Below are positions 38,282 through 51,362 of a stretch of 64,000 bases of DNA, piece by piece. The stretch's first letter is position 1, and each line of letters begins with the position of its first letter. A model generated the notes under the pieces. That model did no database searches. It saw only the letters and a program-made list of their open reading frames with translations, and was not told where the DNA came from. The translations under genes were made by a program, and so were the position numbers. Source of the stretch: Chiloscyllium plagiosum (lineage: Eukaryota); NCBI RefSeq assembly GCF_004010195.1, contig NC_057718.1, positions 30,820,767-30,884,766 on the forward strand. Direction: 5' to 3'.

Positions 38282-38825
38282 TAGAGTCATAGAGATGTAC
38301 AGCACAGAACAGACCCTTCAGTTCAACTTGACCAGCTATTCTAAATTAATCCAGTCCCATTTGCCAGCACTTGGCCCATATCCCTCTGAACTCTCTCTAT
38401 TCATATACTCACCCAGATGCCTTTTAAATGTTGTAGTTGTCCCAGCCTTCACCACTTCCTCTGTCAGCTCATTCCATACACACACTACCCTCAGAATGAA
38501 AACGTTGCCCCTTAGGTCCCTTTTGAATCTTTACTTTCTCACCTTCAACCCTATGCCTTCTAGTTCTGGATTCCCCAACCCCAAGGAAAAGGGTCTATTT
38601 ATCCTATCCATGCCCCTTTTATAAACTTGTATAAAGTCACCCCCTCAGCCTCTGAAGCTCCAGGGAAAACAGTCCCAGCCTATTCAGCCTCTCCCTATAG
38701 CTCAAACCCTCCAACCCTGGCAACATCCTTGTAAATCTTTTCTGAACTCTTTCAAGTTCCACAATATCCTTTTGATAAGAGTGAGACCAGAATTGCATAC
38801 AATATTCCAAATCCGGCCTATCCAC
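38282..38825 (-). mobile_element. CR1 3' fragment
   Basis: RPDLEYCMQFWS..LERVQKRFTRMLPGLEGLSYRERLNRLGLFSLE. Confidence 0.92.
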
Positions 38826-40011
38826 TGTCGGAAGCTGCACAGATCTGTGACAAGCTGTCAGAAGAAGCAGAGCTCCTTATGCATTGTTCCTCTAAAGGTG
38901 GCTCTACGCCTGTAAATCCTCTGGGTCCCCTGCCATGTGGTCATGCAGGGGCTTAGCTACTAGTCCTTGTGGTTGGTCAGCTTGACTCTAATGCTACTGC
39001 TTTCTTGTTTACACGCAGCCAAACTGAAGCATCAAAAATGAAAGCCATCAATAAGATGATGGGTGTAGTTGCAAAGTTAGCATGGAAAACAGAAATCTTT
39101 CAGGCTATCTGTCCCATGGAAATGCAAATAACTCTGCAGCAAATATGCACCAATGATCTGATCAGTTACCCCTCTAAGAATAGCTTACAATAGTCATTTG
39201 GTAAGAAATCCCAGTGGATTTGGCTTGGACTCTGAAGTAATGGACCTTTTTGGTTTCATGTTAAAATTTCATTGGTATCATAATGTCACCATAGTAGACA
39301 GTTTAGATGCAACAATGAGGCTCTCACTCACTTCTGGCAGATATTTCAGATGCTTATAAAGAAACTGTGTCATTAAAATGATGGTACACAAGCAAACAAT
39401 GAATGAAACAGTAAGTCATGATGCAATTTCATTCTGCCTGTAAGTGGAGGAAGATAACATATAAGATACATGGATGTTCATCCACCACAAATCCTCTTTG
39501 TATAGCTGTCTTAAACTTTTGAAAGGATACAAGAAAGAAAGCTTTTTTTAAATCTGGTCAGCAATTCGTCTTGTATCTAGCCTACAGTTTTGATTTCTAT
39601 CTCACACAGTCATAACCTTACAGGTGTCTCTGTATTTTATCAACATTACAATGGTTAGTTATTCATGGATGTATCCTTTTCTGCTCCTCTTTACTGTACT
39701 CTCCCAGCATGTTCATTGTATTGAAATCAAAATGATGCTGTGATCTTTAACTACAAGAAGTGTATCGTGGAAAATCAGAGCCTGCACGCTTTCCATTTCT
39801 CAAGATTCATCTCCACCCCACTGGGAGTGATGGATTATAGAATCACCTCTTAAAACCCACTGGACTGCTTCCTATTCAAACTCATTATTTCCCCGGGGCT
39901 CAAAAGCTGAGAATTCCCTTACTTATCTGTTTTTATTTCCTCTCACAATCTATGTGTTTTTAAAACCAGCAATTGGTATCACATAACCATTGCTGCAAGA
40001 CTCATTGTCAC

Positions 40012-40355
40012 TTAGAATCATTGAGTTACAGACACGTACAGCACCCGAAACAGACCCTTCGGTCCAAATTGTCCACGCCGACCAGACAACCCAATCTGCC
40101 TGAGTCCCATTTGCCATCGTTTGACCCATATCTCTCTAAACCTTTATGCATATACCCATCCAGATGTCTTTTAAATGTAATTGTTCCAGTCTCCATCATT
40201 TCCTCTGGCAGCTCATTCCATATACACATCACTCTGTCTGAAAAAGTTGTTCCTTAGGTCCCTTTTAAATCTTTCCCCTCTCACCTTAAACTTATGCCGT
40301 ATGGTTTTAGACTCACCCCACCCCAACGAAAAGACCTTGTCTACTTAGCCTATCC
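40012..40355 (-). mobile_element. CR1 3' end
   Basis: WNELPEEMMETG..FKRHLDGYM plus 3' UTR. Confidence 0.88.
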
Positions 40356-40691
40356 ACTTCTATTCTTCTTCATCTAAGTCATAGCCTGCACTGTTAACAG
40401 TAATGCTGCACCTCAGTTTTGAAATAGGGAAAGAAAGATTAATCAACTGTAACCTAAAGATCAAGCTTGTTTTCTTAACATTAATTTTTTTTATCAATTA
40501 AAAAGGTTTTTTTTTGTTTGTCCGCCATTATATTTGCTCAAGAAGTAATTATTGATATCACTGAGTCATATAGCATGGAAACAGACCTTTTTGTCCAACC
40601 AGCATGTTGTGCCTGGATAATGGAGGAGTTGATTAACATGTTCAGATAACTTGACAGAATCGCTGATGTATCTGAGAGTTGATATGAACTT

Positions 40692-40782
40692 ACTTGAAGG
40701 ACTCATGCCAGAAACGTTGATTCTCCTGCTCCTTGAATGCTGCCTGACCAGTTGTGCTTTTCCAGCACCGCACTCTCAACTC
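40692..40782 (+). repeat. PLE-end fragment, family A
   Basis: gaaggactcatgccagaaacgttgattctcctgctcc..ttccagcaccgcactctcaac. Confidence 0.75.
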
Positions 40783-41604
40783 CTACCTCCAGAAGGCAAT
40801 TGCATTCACAATTTATTCTTCACAATTCTCCCTCTCAATACTCTCCTCTCCTCTTCAAAATCAACACATACTAGCAATTGACTCCCTTGGTTATAGTTGC
40901 CTCTTTAATTTTTTTCCCCAAATGATTACTTTTCAAAGGGCATAAACATAAAGCAGCAAGCTGTTCTGTGGAAGAGGCTATTGCAGGCATGCCCTATCTT
41001 TGTTACTTCACATTTGACTCTAATGAGAGCTCTAATGATCAGCCATGGAAACAATGCCTGATTATCCCCTCCTTCATCTAGGAAGAAGAGATGAATGATT
41101 TAATCCCTGTGACAAATATGAAGCAATTCTCTTTTGCTTATGTTTGATAGATATCACTTTAGATCAGGTATAATACATGAGATTGTATACTTTCTAAAAT
41201 CACCTACACTCTCAAATAGATTTTACAAAACAAATAGTTTTTTTTAATTTGGTTAGCTTTTTTCCAATGTTCCCCAGTCTGAGGGGAAGCCTAACATAAA
41301 CTTTTCAGATATGCACTGACTTCATATGCAGATGTTGTTGAATTAGTTATGAGCATAATAACCTGGTATTTTTTGACATGAATTGGAAATATGAATTCCA
41401 ATGAACATATCAGATTCTTGAAAATTCACTTGTTCATACTTTGTTAATAAATTTGTTTCATAGTTCAAAGCTAGAACTTGACCTAATGTGATGGTTTCTC
41501 ACTTATTGATACATGGGAATAGATCTTTTTGAATTCTTAAGAATAATTCCAGTAGTTCACAGATAACTGTCCAAACAATTTGGTGATTGTTGTCTAATCA
41601 CTTT

Positions 41605-42092
41605 AAGACTATAATGTAGGAGGAGAAGCAGGCCATTCAGCACATTGTGTCAGCTCCATCATTCAGTGGGGTCATGGCTGGTCTGATTCTCAACTCCACT
41701 TTCCTGCCTTTTCCCCATAACCTTTAATTCCTTGATTTAAAATCTGTCTATCCCAACCTTGAATATAATTAACAACCCAGCCACGACAGCTCTTGGCAGT
41801 AAAGAATTCCACAAATTCACGACCCTCAGAAATGAAATTCCTCCTCATCTCTGACTTAAAGGGGTGACCTTATTCTGAGATTATGCTCACTGGACCAAGG
41901 TATCCGAAAAGGGGAAATGACCTTTCCTTATCTTGCTGTCATGAAGCCTTAAGAATCTTGACTGTTTCGATATGCTTACCTTTCATTCTTCTAAACTCCA
42001 ATGACCACATGCCAAACCTATAGTGAACCCTCTCCTCATGAGACAGTCCCTCCATATCTGGTATCAGCCTCATGAACCTTCTCTGGACTGTT
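41605..42092 (-). mobile_element. CR1 3' fragment
   Basis: taggaggagaagcaggccattcag tail; ..gaattccacaaattcac..; gtatcagcctcatgaaccttctctg (QRRFxRLIP, minus strand). Confidence 0.8.
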
Positions 42093-42489
42093 TTACCAAA
42101 CAATGGTCTCATTCAGACAATCATGAATGCATCGCAAAATTATCTGACATAGAAAAAAGAAAAATATGAAGTAAAAATCTTGTAAAGGATCATAAGCCCT
42201 TCTTATCATCTGGTCTGAATTACCTAATTCAGCTGGCCTAGGCTGTGGAGGATTGGAGTTATTATCACTTTGGGCCAAGGTTCAAATCTGGTGCCTGTCT
42301 GGGCTGCACAGGTTGGTATTGAACACAATTTAAGGTTTAAAAAAAGCACAACGGTGTGAAAATTAATGAAAATCTTCATAATTCTGATCTTTATTGGGCC
42401 TCTGGACTCTAAAATGTTTAATTGCTGTTTTTGTACAGAACTAAGTCTACTATCTTAGTGGCCCTTTCTAAGGGCATGATACACGAGTC

Positions 42490-42640
42490 AGTTTTGGCTC
42501 AGCGGCAACCCTCTCACTACTAATTCTAAGGGTTGTGAGTTCTAGTCTCACTTTAGAAACTTAAGTATGTGAGCTAGGTTAATAGTTCAAAGCAACACTG
42601 AGGGTATACTCCACTGTCAGAGATACCATTTGTCAAACGT
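42490..42640 (+). mobile_element. Degraded Deu-SINE 5' fragment
   Basis: ttggctcagcggcaac..gggttgtgagttctagtctcact..gcaacactgagggtatact. Confidence 0.5.
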
Positions 42641-42885
42641 GTGTTATAAAATGGAAGTGTTTAAAAAAAATGTAAATTTGAAATTATCCAATCTAAATTC
42701 TGAACCAAACTGATATTACAAGTTTGCATCAACTCATTTATATGTGAGAGATAAAGCTAGCCTGAAAAAAGCACCAGAATTAGTAGCTTATCTTTTAGGA
42801 TTAATTTTCAGCTGGAATATGGTTGCATTAAGGTATGCGGCTTTTAAATTAAATTGATGTTTTTTCTCAAGTCAACTTTAATCTC

Positions 42886-42940
42886 ATACATGTAAACACA
42901 ATACATATATGCACACATGGACACACGCACACACACACAC
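42886..42940. repeat. Imperfect (CA/TA)n microsatellite
   Basis: catacatgtaaacaca...gcacacacacacac. Confidence 0.7.
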
Positions 42941-45900
42941 CTCTATTCATAGTGCACATTTGAAGAACATGGGCAATCCTTATCTTGGGTTATTTTGGCA
43001 AAATGTCAATGCAGTTCTCAAAGTGTTAACTTAAAGCACTGACAGTTTTGCAGGCTGTGACATTGTTAGCTTATAGATTGCCTACTTTAAGCAAATACTT
43101 AACTAGCTGAATCTTGAGGATAATAACCATATGCCATTATGACAATGACATTTCTTAGGACACCGTGACCTTTGATTTAAAATAGATTGCTGATGGCTTC
43201 CTCTCTAATAAACCACCCTTTCACACTAATACAGTGATTAGAAATGCATCCCAAAGAGAATCTTGTTGAGAGATTTCTGCGCATTTTCAGCACCTATATT
43301 CTCTAATGTCATCTGCAAAAATATAACAGTAAAATAAATTAATTTGAATGCTCAAGTAATTCTCCTCAGAAAATAAAAATTAAAACAGAGTACAGTTGAC
43401 TCAGTGATTCTTAAACTGACAGTATTAATCTTTGTGTAAAGTTCAATTAGAAATTTTTGTGAAGGTAGCCACTATCCCCCATGATTCATCACAAAATAAA
43501 TTGTCCGGTTTCAGTAAGGCTTCAATGCCACTGGATTGGATGTATTATAGGGACAAATTAGGATGGGATGGGTGATGGGGATGTTATTGGTTAGGGGTAA
43601 TGGAGGTGTGTGGTAATATGTTAAATTCCTATCTCTAATGACTTTTCAGTATTTTCTCTTGGAAAGTGGGGTTTTAGGAGTCTGCATGAAGACCTCATTG
43701 CATTTGCATATGATGCCTTCTGTAGTTAAATAGCCTACCAATACTCATTTTAGGTTAAGCATGAAGAATATTCACTGAGTCTAATACTGAAGATTTTCCT
43801 GTCTCCATAGAACTGTGCTTTAGCATCTATCAAAAGAGAATGTGCAAAAATTGGAAACAAAAAAAAGGCTGTTTTCTTTTGAAGCCGGTGCCAATGCACA
43901 GAGTCTTTTATTGCCAATTTTATCAATTTAGTCTGACTGGAGAATTCAAAAGCAGCATAATTAGAGGATATCCTTAAACAGTGAAATCCTTGCTTCGAGC
44001 TGGTATTACACAAGAAAATGTCAAATGCATTAGGAGGCTGATATTTTTCCTTCTATATATTTTTCTGGAAAGACTCTTCAGAGTTGGAGGTGATGGCACA
44101 ATAGGATTTGATATGAAGATGTGACACCTCATCTTAAATTCCTTCCCCGTGTTGCTTAAGTTGACAGGGATGACAGGAAGTGTGGCTGATAAGGCTTTCC
44201 GTCCTCTCCAAGCTGACTGATCGCACATGAAGTCTTGGCAAGAGATTACCAGGTTATAGCAGAGTCAGAATGACATCACATCAACTCAATTTCAGATCCT
44301 GCACACACCAGTGCCTATCACCACTCCAGGTCGCTAACATCCTTGACACACAAACAGTATTTTCAGTCTTGTATGTCCCCCCTTTTTTACCCTATGCCTG
44401 TCACTCTGGGTAAATCAGGAGGCAAATTTGTCATTAGATGCAAAGCACCATTAATACACAGCATTCTGACAGTTGCAGGATGATTTTCTTTAGGTCCAAT
44501 TACTTGAAAATCTGAAGATCCTCTGCTATTTGCATAAAAACTTGCAATTTGAACTGACGATGAAGGACAGCAGTACCTGTCAAAAAAAAAATCAGACGCA
44601 AAAATAAGTACGGAAAATAGGCTTGGGGCCCTTTAATATTGCTTCAAATCTTTGAGAGTTGTTCACTCTAATAATGAATTTCAAATAACTTATTCACTTC
44701 AGGAGTAAGTGGCTGGCACATGGTCCTTACAGCTGGTTTGTTGAGATAATTGATTTTCAAATAGTTTAAAGCATGGAGAAAGAAGCATATGACAACTGCA
44801 GCAGGTTTCAGGCGATTTCAAATACCATATCAGTTTAATTATTGTTGCAGCTTTTGCCTGACATAGGTTCTTTTCCTGCTGGAATTAGAATATCCAGGAG
44901 ACAAAAAAAATGTAAGAATTATGAATTTTTCATGTTTTTTTCTACCTAGCTTGTGTGTCCTACCTTAGGGCATTCTTGCCAACACACTCCAAGTTTTTCA
45001 ATAGACAGTTAACATGACATACAAGACTAGTCTGCATGACACAGATAACTTCAGGGAATAACAACAAAGTAAATGAGATGCATTAGTGTCTCAATGTGAT
45101 TTGGCGATGCACTTCCCAGAACTTTGTGATTAATTTATGGATTTCCTTTTTTTTGCCAGTGCAGTTTGCATGTTGATAATAAAATGCAAGAAATGAAATG
45201 CTTTCACTACAAATACAAATGTTGATGCTAATATCCATATGCAGAGGCAAATTGTTTACCAGTGGCAGTACTCACCACCTCTTCTTTTATATTAGGAAGT
45301 TACATGTCCATATTTACATTAACTATGACTTCTATATCAATGGAAAAAGAAATAAATCTATTTCTAATCTTAAAATATTACCTTGCAAAACTATGTTTGA
45401 AACCATTTAATCAGAATTCAGCTACACATAGTAACCTCCATGTAGTGTTTACATATTCCCTTCTAATTAAGGCATTTTTTCAGCTAATTTGTTTGCTTTT
45501 TGCCTAAGTTATGGTGTCTTGGCTGTCGATCCAGCTAATCTAGTTTCAGCACGGCTCTGCCAGATACAAATTAGTCTTTCTAATTTGAGGCAGGATGAAA
45601 AAGTAAATATTTAACAGCTATTGATTGCAAGTTCATGTAAAGTAAGAATAATTTAATCATATTAATAAGCAGACATTTGAGTGCTTCACATTGTGGTTAC
45701 AAATCTAACCATCTCAGGACTTTTTTGTTCATAGTGGTGTCCTAAGCTTGTCAATAAAATACTAGATTTAATTTCAGTGGGATTGAGTTAAGAGTGTGGG
45801 TAGTAAACTGAAAGGATCAGCACATGATTTGGAAGGAAGTACAAGTGAAGGAAATTGATTTATTTGATGTTTGTTTGCTTTTCAATCTCTGGAGACTGAA

Positions 45901-46761
45901 TATTGTGGAATAAGCAAAGAGTGAGCGAATACTCTCCCTATCATCCATTGCTTGTGTCCTGCTGAGCTGTCAGGTAGAATATTGGTGGCTCAACTGAGGG
46001 TACATTGTAGTCACTGCTGCTGCTTTTCCCTTCTGGGTTCTCCCTTGTCAAACTGTGAACTTAGTAAGGGTCGGAGTACTCTTGGCTATCCAGACACTAA
46101 GTTATGAGGCTATTGCACAGTCACACTATCCGCTCTCCCCATGGGGAACTACTGCATTCAGCTGTAGTTATTAGAAGATAGAAGAATATTATTGCAAAGC
46201 CCCATGAGTGCTATGTACCACGCATGCTTGAAGTGTAGTATTGGCTTTTGAATTTTTTTGCAGTGCATCTGATATTATTGTAAACATTTGAACAAGTATC
46301 CTGTTGTGCCAGGAATTGTCCTGGTTTGCCTCTGCAGATTCTGGATATTATAAAGTCATGTTTCATTTTACTTTTGGTTCTTTTTATTGATTGATGCATT
46401 TTATAATAGATTGAGTTACAACTGTTTCCAATATGTTCTTCTAAGATGCATTTTATATTCCTCGGATGGATCAGCCAGAGAACCTCAGTCAAACATTCTG
46501 AAAAACCTCCGAATTTGATTGCATTCATCCTTGGTATGTACTAAGCTTAACTAAAACTGTAAATAGCTGTAAAATTCCTACCTCAAGGATTACCTTAAAG
46601 TTTGCATAAGGTGTGCACTGCTGATAGCTATTTATTGGTCCTGCTAAAAGTGTGTAATATGAATATTAGATGTAAAAAGAATTAAAATTTCTTAGAAATT
46701 GGTGAGAAATTGAGGAGAAAGAATAGTGAATGTCAAAGTATTCAATTTCACGGATATCTGT

Positions 46762-47105
46762 CAGAGTGTGGGTGCTGGAAAAGCACAGCAGGTCAGAGCA
46801 GCATCCTAGGAGCCGGGAAATCGGCATTTTTGGCAGAAGCCCTTCGTCAGGAATGAGGCTTGTGGGCCAGGTGGGGGTGGGGGGGATAGAGATAAGTGGG
46901 AGAGGGGTGGGGCGGGGGAGAAGGTAGCTGGGAATATGATAGGTAGAGGAGGATGGGGAGGGGATAGTGATAGGTCAGAGAGAAGGGGGGAGCGGGTAGG
47001 TGGGAAGGAAGATGGGCAGGTCAAGAGGGCAATGCCAAGTTGGAAGCTTGGGACTAGGATAAGGTGGGGGGAGGGGAAATGAGGAAACTGGTGAAATCCA
47101 TATTG
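46762..47105 (-). mobile_element. Penelope-like 3' terminal fragment (family A)
   Basis: Parallels 5380-5700 (ctggaaaagcacagcaggtc..gcccttcgtcaggaatgagg..ggaaatgaggaaactggtgaaatc). Confidence 0.8.
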
Positions 47106-47498
47106 ATCTATCGGTCATATTTGATCTTATTTTTACCTAAAGTCTTTGATTCTTTTATTATCTTGTCAATATGCTCCAATCTGATTTTGACCATATGCAC
47201 AAAATTGAGATTGTATGAATTAAATTATATTCCATGTGACAATGGCTTTAATCTTTCTTGATCATGTTCAAACTCTGTCTTTGTCACCAAATCAAGTTTA
47301 ACCGATTCGGATAAAGTTCCGTAATCTTTATCCATGCTATTTTTCCCTACTAATACTATGTGTACCTATTGCCTCATCCCACTGAGATGACAAATTGTCC
47401 TCAGATGGTATCTGTTGTGTATGTTATATAATGACAGACCCACTTATAGTTGGGTTCATACCAGCAGTGGCAGGATGAGGCTCTTACATAGCTCTTCA

Positions 47499-47683
47499 TT
47501 GTTAATTTAATTATCTCAATTGGAAGTGGACTTTGGTATTTTTTCTGGCCAATTCAGATATGCCAGCACCATGTCAAATTAAATGTCTTTCCCACCTCCA
47601 GGTTCATCACCATGGAAACAGAAGAATCCATTCTTTTATATTAACAAAACCAAATACATTTAGGCTCCTTCAAAACACTCACA
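47499..47683 (+). repeat. Local duplicated segment, copy 1 (donor)
   Basis: Matches 48779-48964 with ~11 differences counted by eye. Confidence 0.95.
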
Positions 47684-47789
47684 TGCTGAATCAGGAGAGG
47701 TACTACTCGATACTGAGTCCTGTCTTTAATTTCACATCTGTTCTATGGCCAAAGGCACAAGCTTATTCCTTGGCTTCATCTCATCCCCA

Positions 47790-48530
47790 CTGTCATAAAA
47801 TAAGCATCTCACCAAAGCTCCTTCACCAATTACCTCCAAACCTATGAACGCTACCACCAAGAAGGACAAGGACAGTGGATACATGGGAACACCACCATTT
47901 GCAAGTTCCCCTTCAAGCCACCTGGAAACATTTTGCTGTCCTTTCACTGTTGCTCAGTCAACTTCCTTCCTATCAATGCTGCAGATGTATCGTACCATCA
48001 TGCTGAAGTGGCTCAATAAGTCAGCTCACCACCACCTTCACCAGAGCATTTAGGGATGAGCTACTAACACTGGCTTAGCTAGCATTGGCCGCACTCTGAA
48101 TGGATACAAAATACTGTCACTACTTTGAAAGTGGTGTTGTCTGTTAGTCTCCATTTGCCAACAGGCTCAACCAATCAAAACTACCAAATTTTGCATTCAC
48201 TCACTCACAGGATGTGAGCATCATTGGCTGAACCAGCATTTATTGACCATCTGTTCTAATGGACTAATTTCCACTTAATCCCAAATAAAAGAACACCATC
48301 ACCTGCAAGTTCTCCCACAAACCACGCACTACCACACTTGGAAACACATCACCATTCCTTCATGTTACTGGATCAAAATCTTGAAACTCCCTCATGAACA
48401 GCATGTACCTAGGACAAACGGACTGCAGCAGTGGAAGAAGGCAGCTCACCACCACTTTCACAAGGGTACCTGCAGATGGCTAATAAATGCTAGTCCAGCC
48501 AATGATGCTTAAATCCTGTGAGTGAGTTTT
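47790..48530 (+). mobile_element. Two 3'-end fragments of the second CR1/L2-group LINE family (47790-48110, 48290-48530)
   Basis: aacaccaccatttgcaagttcccc..cagctcaccaccac..tagggatg motif shared with 54655-54925 and 63230-63455. Confidence 0.75.
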
Positions 48531-48729
48531 TTAAAAAATCTTTGATCTATGTATGTTCCAAATTTCGCTAGCTGACTCCACTACAATAAACTGCATGCAA
48601 GAATTCTTTATCATTTTCAAATCATTATTTTGATTTGATTTATCATGGACATATGGATTTAAATACAATGAAAAGCTTTCTTTTGTGAGCAGTACAGGCA
48701 GATCATACTAAACAAGAACATACAGATAG

Positions 48730-49250
48730 AATAGAATCATAGAATCCCTACAGTGCGGAAACAGGCCATTTGGCCAAGTTGTTCATTTAATGACCTCAGT
48801 TGGAAGTGGACTTTGGTATTTTTTTCTGCCCAATTCAGATATGCCAGCACCATGTCAAATTAAATGTCTTTCCCACCTCCAGGTTCATCACCATGGGAAC
48901 AGAAGAATCCATTATTTTATATCAACAAAACCAAATACATTTAGGCACCTTCAAAACACCCACAACCCTCCAAAGAGTATCCCTCTCATACCCATTCCCC
49001 TACCCTATTACTCCACATTTACCCCTGACTAATGTACCTAAACTACATATCCCTGAACACTATGGGCAATTTAGCATGACCAATTCACCTAACCTGCACA
49101 TCTTTGGATTGTGGGAGGAAACCAGAGCACCCAGAGGAAACCTACGCAGGCAGGGGGAGAATCTGCAGACTCCACACAGACAGTCGCCAGAGGCTGGAAT
49201 CTAATCTGAGTCCCTGATGCTGTGAGGCAGCAGTGCTAACCATCGTGTCA
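48730..49250 (-). mobile_element. HE1-like SINE carrying a 186-bp inserted copy of neighbouring DNA (48779-48964)
   Basis: SINE tail 48730-48778 and SINE body 48965-49250 are separated by copy 2 of the 47499-47683 segment. Confidence 0.9.
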
Positions 49251-50360
49251 CCTAGGTTCATCTGACCTTATCCCACCCTCAGCAGTTATTTTTTAACTTG
49301 CATCTCTAATATCTGCATGCTCTGTGTCCCCATATTCTGCAATCCAGCATCAGCAGCTAAATTTCCAACTTTTACAGTTTGACCCTCCGAGCTCCTTCTT
49401 CAGACCTGTCTTATTGAAATCTCATGCACTCCGAGCTGTGAATCTGTCAGTAGAACCTTTGCTTCCAAGGCACTAAAGGTTCACTTCTTGTGAGTTTAAA
49501 TTCTAATCCAGGGCTCCAGCACTGAAATCAAGGGTAATAGTATTGACAGAATGCTGGAAAATGTGTAGTCCTTTAGAGGAAGCATTAAATAGAGCCTCCA
49601 TCTCCTCTTTAAGGTGGATGGAAAGATATTCCATGGTACTATTTCAAAGAAGAGCAGAGGGGTTATCTCTAGTATACTGGCCAGTAACTACCCTTTATTT
49701 ATTCATTCTTTTAATATATTAATCATCTGTACCTAGGTACAGTGAAAAGTTGATGATGTTGCCACATTCCGGCACCATCTTGGTTAAAGAATAAATGGTA
49801 AAATACTAAATAAATGAATATTAAATCGATATTATTGAAACTAAAACAGCTTCAAAAGTTCATGTTTCCCTCTCCATAGATTCTCTGCTCCTCCAGTTGC
49901 CACCATCATCATCATTCCTGGGGTCCTGGCAATGTGCTCCTTTTCTACCACCAGAGCCATTGCTTCCACGTCTGCCACCTCCGAGTTGGCGATGGAAATG
50001 CTGACGGAGTCCTGGCTCGTCGTCCAATGCTGCCACCAAAGGTGGAGCAGAGATGGAGAAACACAGGGCCCCAGTCTCCAATAGGAGAATTTCAGGAGGA
50101 GGCCCCAGGACATTCCCAAACAAACAAAAACAAATGTTATCAAGATGGAAAGACAACAATGAAGCCATATTGGTGCAGTAGAACCCACTGCATGAGCCAT
50201 GAGCAGCCGAGCCCATGCTCAGGAGCTAAACGCTGCTGACCCTGCTGCCACCATCTTAGAAGTCCCATCATCCAAAACAAATTGGCTAGTGATTGTTGTT
50301 TTCATGAGTTTACTATACTCAAATTGGCTGCTTCTTTTCCTACATTACAACAATGACCAC

Positions 50361-51362
50361 TGTTATGAAGATGTGGGTGTACTGTACCTTTAAGAGAGTT
50401 AAAAGCTAGCAGAACTACCTGACAGCATCATGTGTTCTGAATAAGATACAATGTAACATGTGGTCCAGCAGCTAGGGTAGCTGGTTGCCTGGAGACAAGA
50501 ACAAATTTGAATTAGGCCAATCAGTTTAAATTATACCGCCAAAAAAAAAGCAAACTCCAATCAAGTTTGAATTTAATGTACTGACAATATTAAAAGCCAA
50601 TGACACAATCTGATGGTTTGGGAGTATATGATTGGGAAAAATTGAACAGTTGAGGGAGAACTGCCAAAAGACCAACAGCTGTAGGCTGCTAGTCAGAACT
50701 CTGAGAAGTACCTGTCTTCAGAAGGAGTTTGCACTGAGAAAAACATCAACACCGACCTGGAGAGCAATTAAGATTAGATTCCCTACAGTGTGGAAACAGA
50801 CCCTTCAGCTCAAGTCCACACCGACCCTCCAAAGAGTAACCCACCCAGACCCATTTCCCTCTGACTAATGCACCTAACACTATGGGCAATTTAGAATGGC
50901 CAATTCGCCTGACCTGCATATCTTTGGACTGTGGGAGGAAACCAGAGCACCCAAAGGAAACCCACAGACATGGGGAGAATGTGCAAACTCCACACAGACA
51001 GTTACTCAAGGCCAGAATCGAACCTGGGTCCCTGGTGCTGTGAGGCAGCAATGCTAACCACTGAGCCACTGTACTGCACAATGAGAAGCTAGCTGGTTTT
51101 GAAATTTGAATTTTTCAGTAAATCTTAATCGAGGGTTTTATCGTACTAGCATTATAGAAGGGAAAGTGAAAGATAGATTAGAGGAAGGAGTTGTAAATTG
51201 TGGTTGGTTAATTATTCTCTGTGAAACTTTAAGAAATAAAGTTGTTAATTTTTACTTTAAATAGTTCTTGGCCCCTCGAATTTTCACAGATTACCATATG
51301 GGATAAATCTTTTCTGTGTTGCTGGTTTACATTTGCAGAAGGGGTTTACCCAAGTCATAACA
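50361..51362 (+). mobile_element. Solo LTR (Gypsy-like), ~690 bp after removing the nested SINE
   Basis: Starts TGTTATGA, ends TCATAACA (8-bp terminal inverted repeat); 4-bp TSD ccac (50357-50360 / 51363-51366); several CCAAT boxes; AATAAA near 51235. Confidence 0.85.
50770..51078 (-). mobile_element. HE1-like SINE nested in the solo LTR
   Basis: Full head, V-domain and tail on the minus strand. Confidence 0.92.

Noticed and set aside
47533..49204. Paralogous peptides NSDMPAPCQIKCLSHLQVHHHGNRRIH as a duplicated gene
   Set aside because: A consequence of the non-coding 186-bp duplication; reading frames diverge outside it
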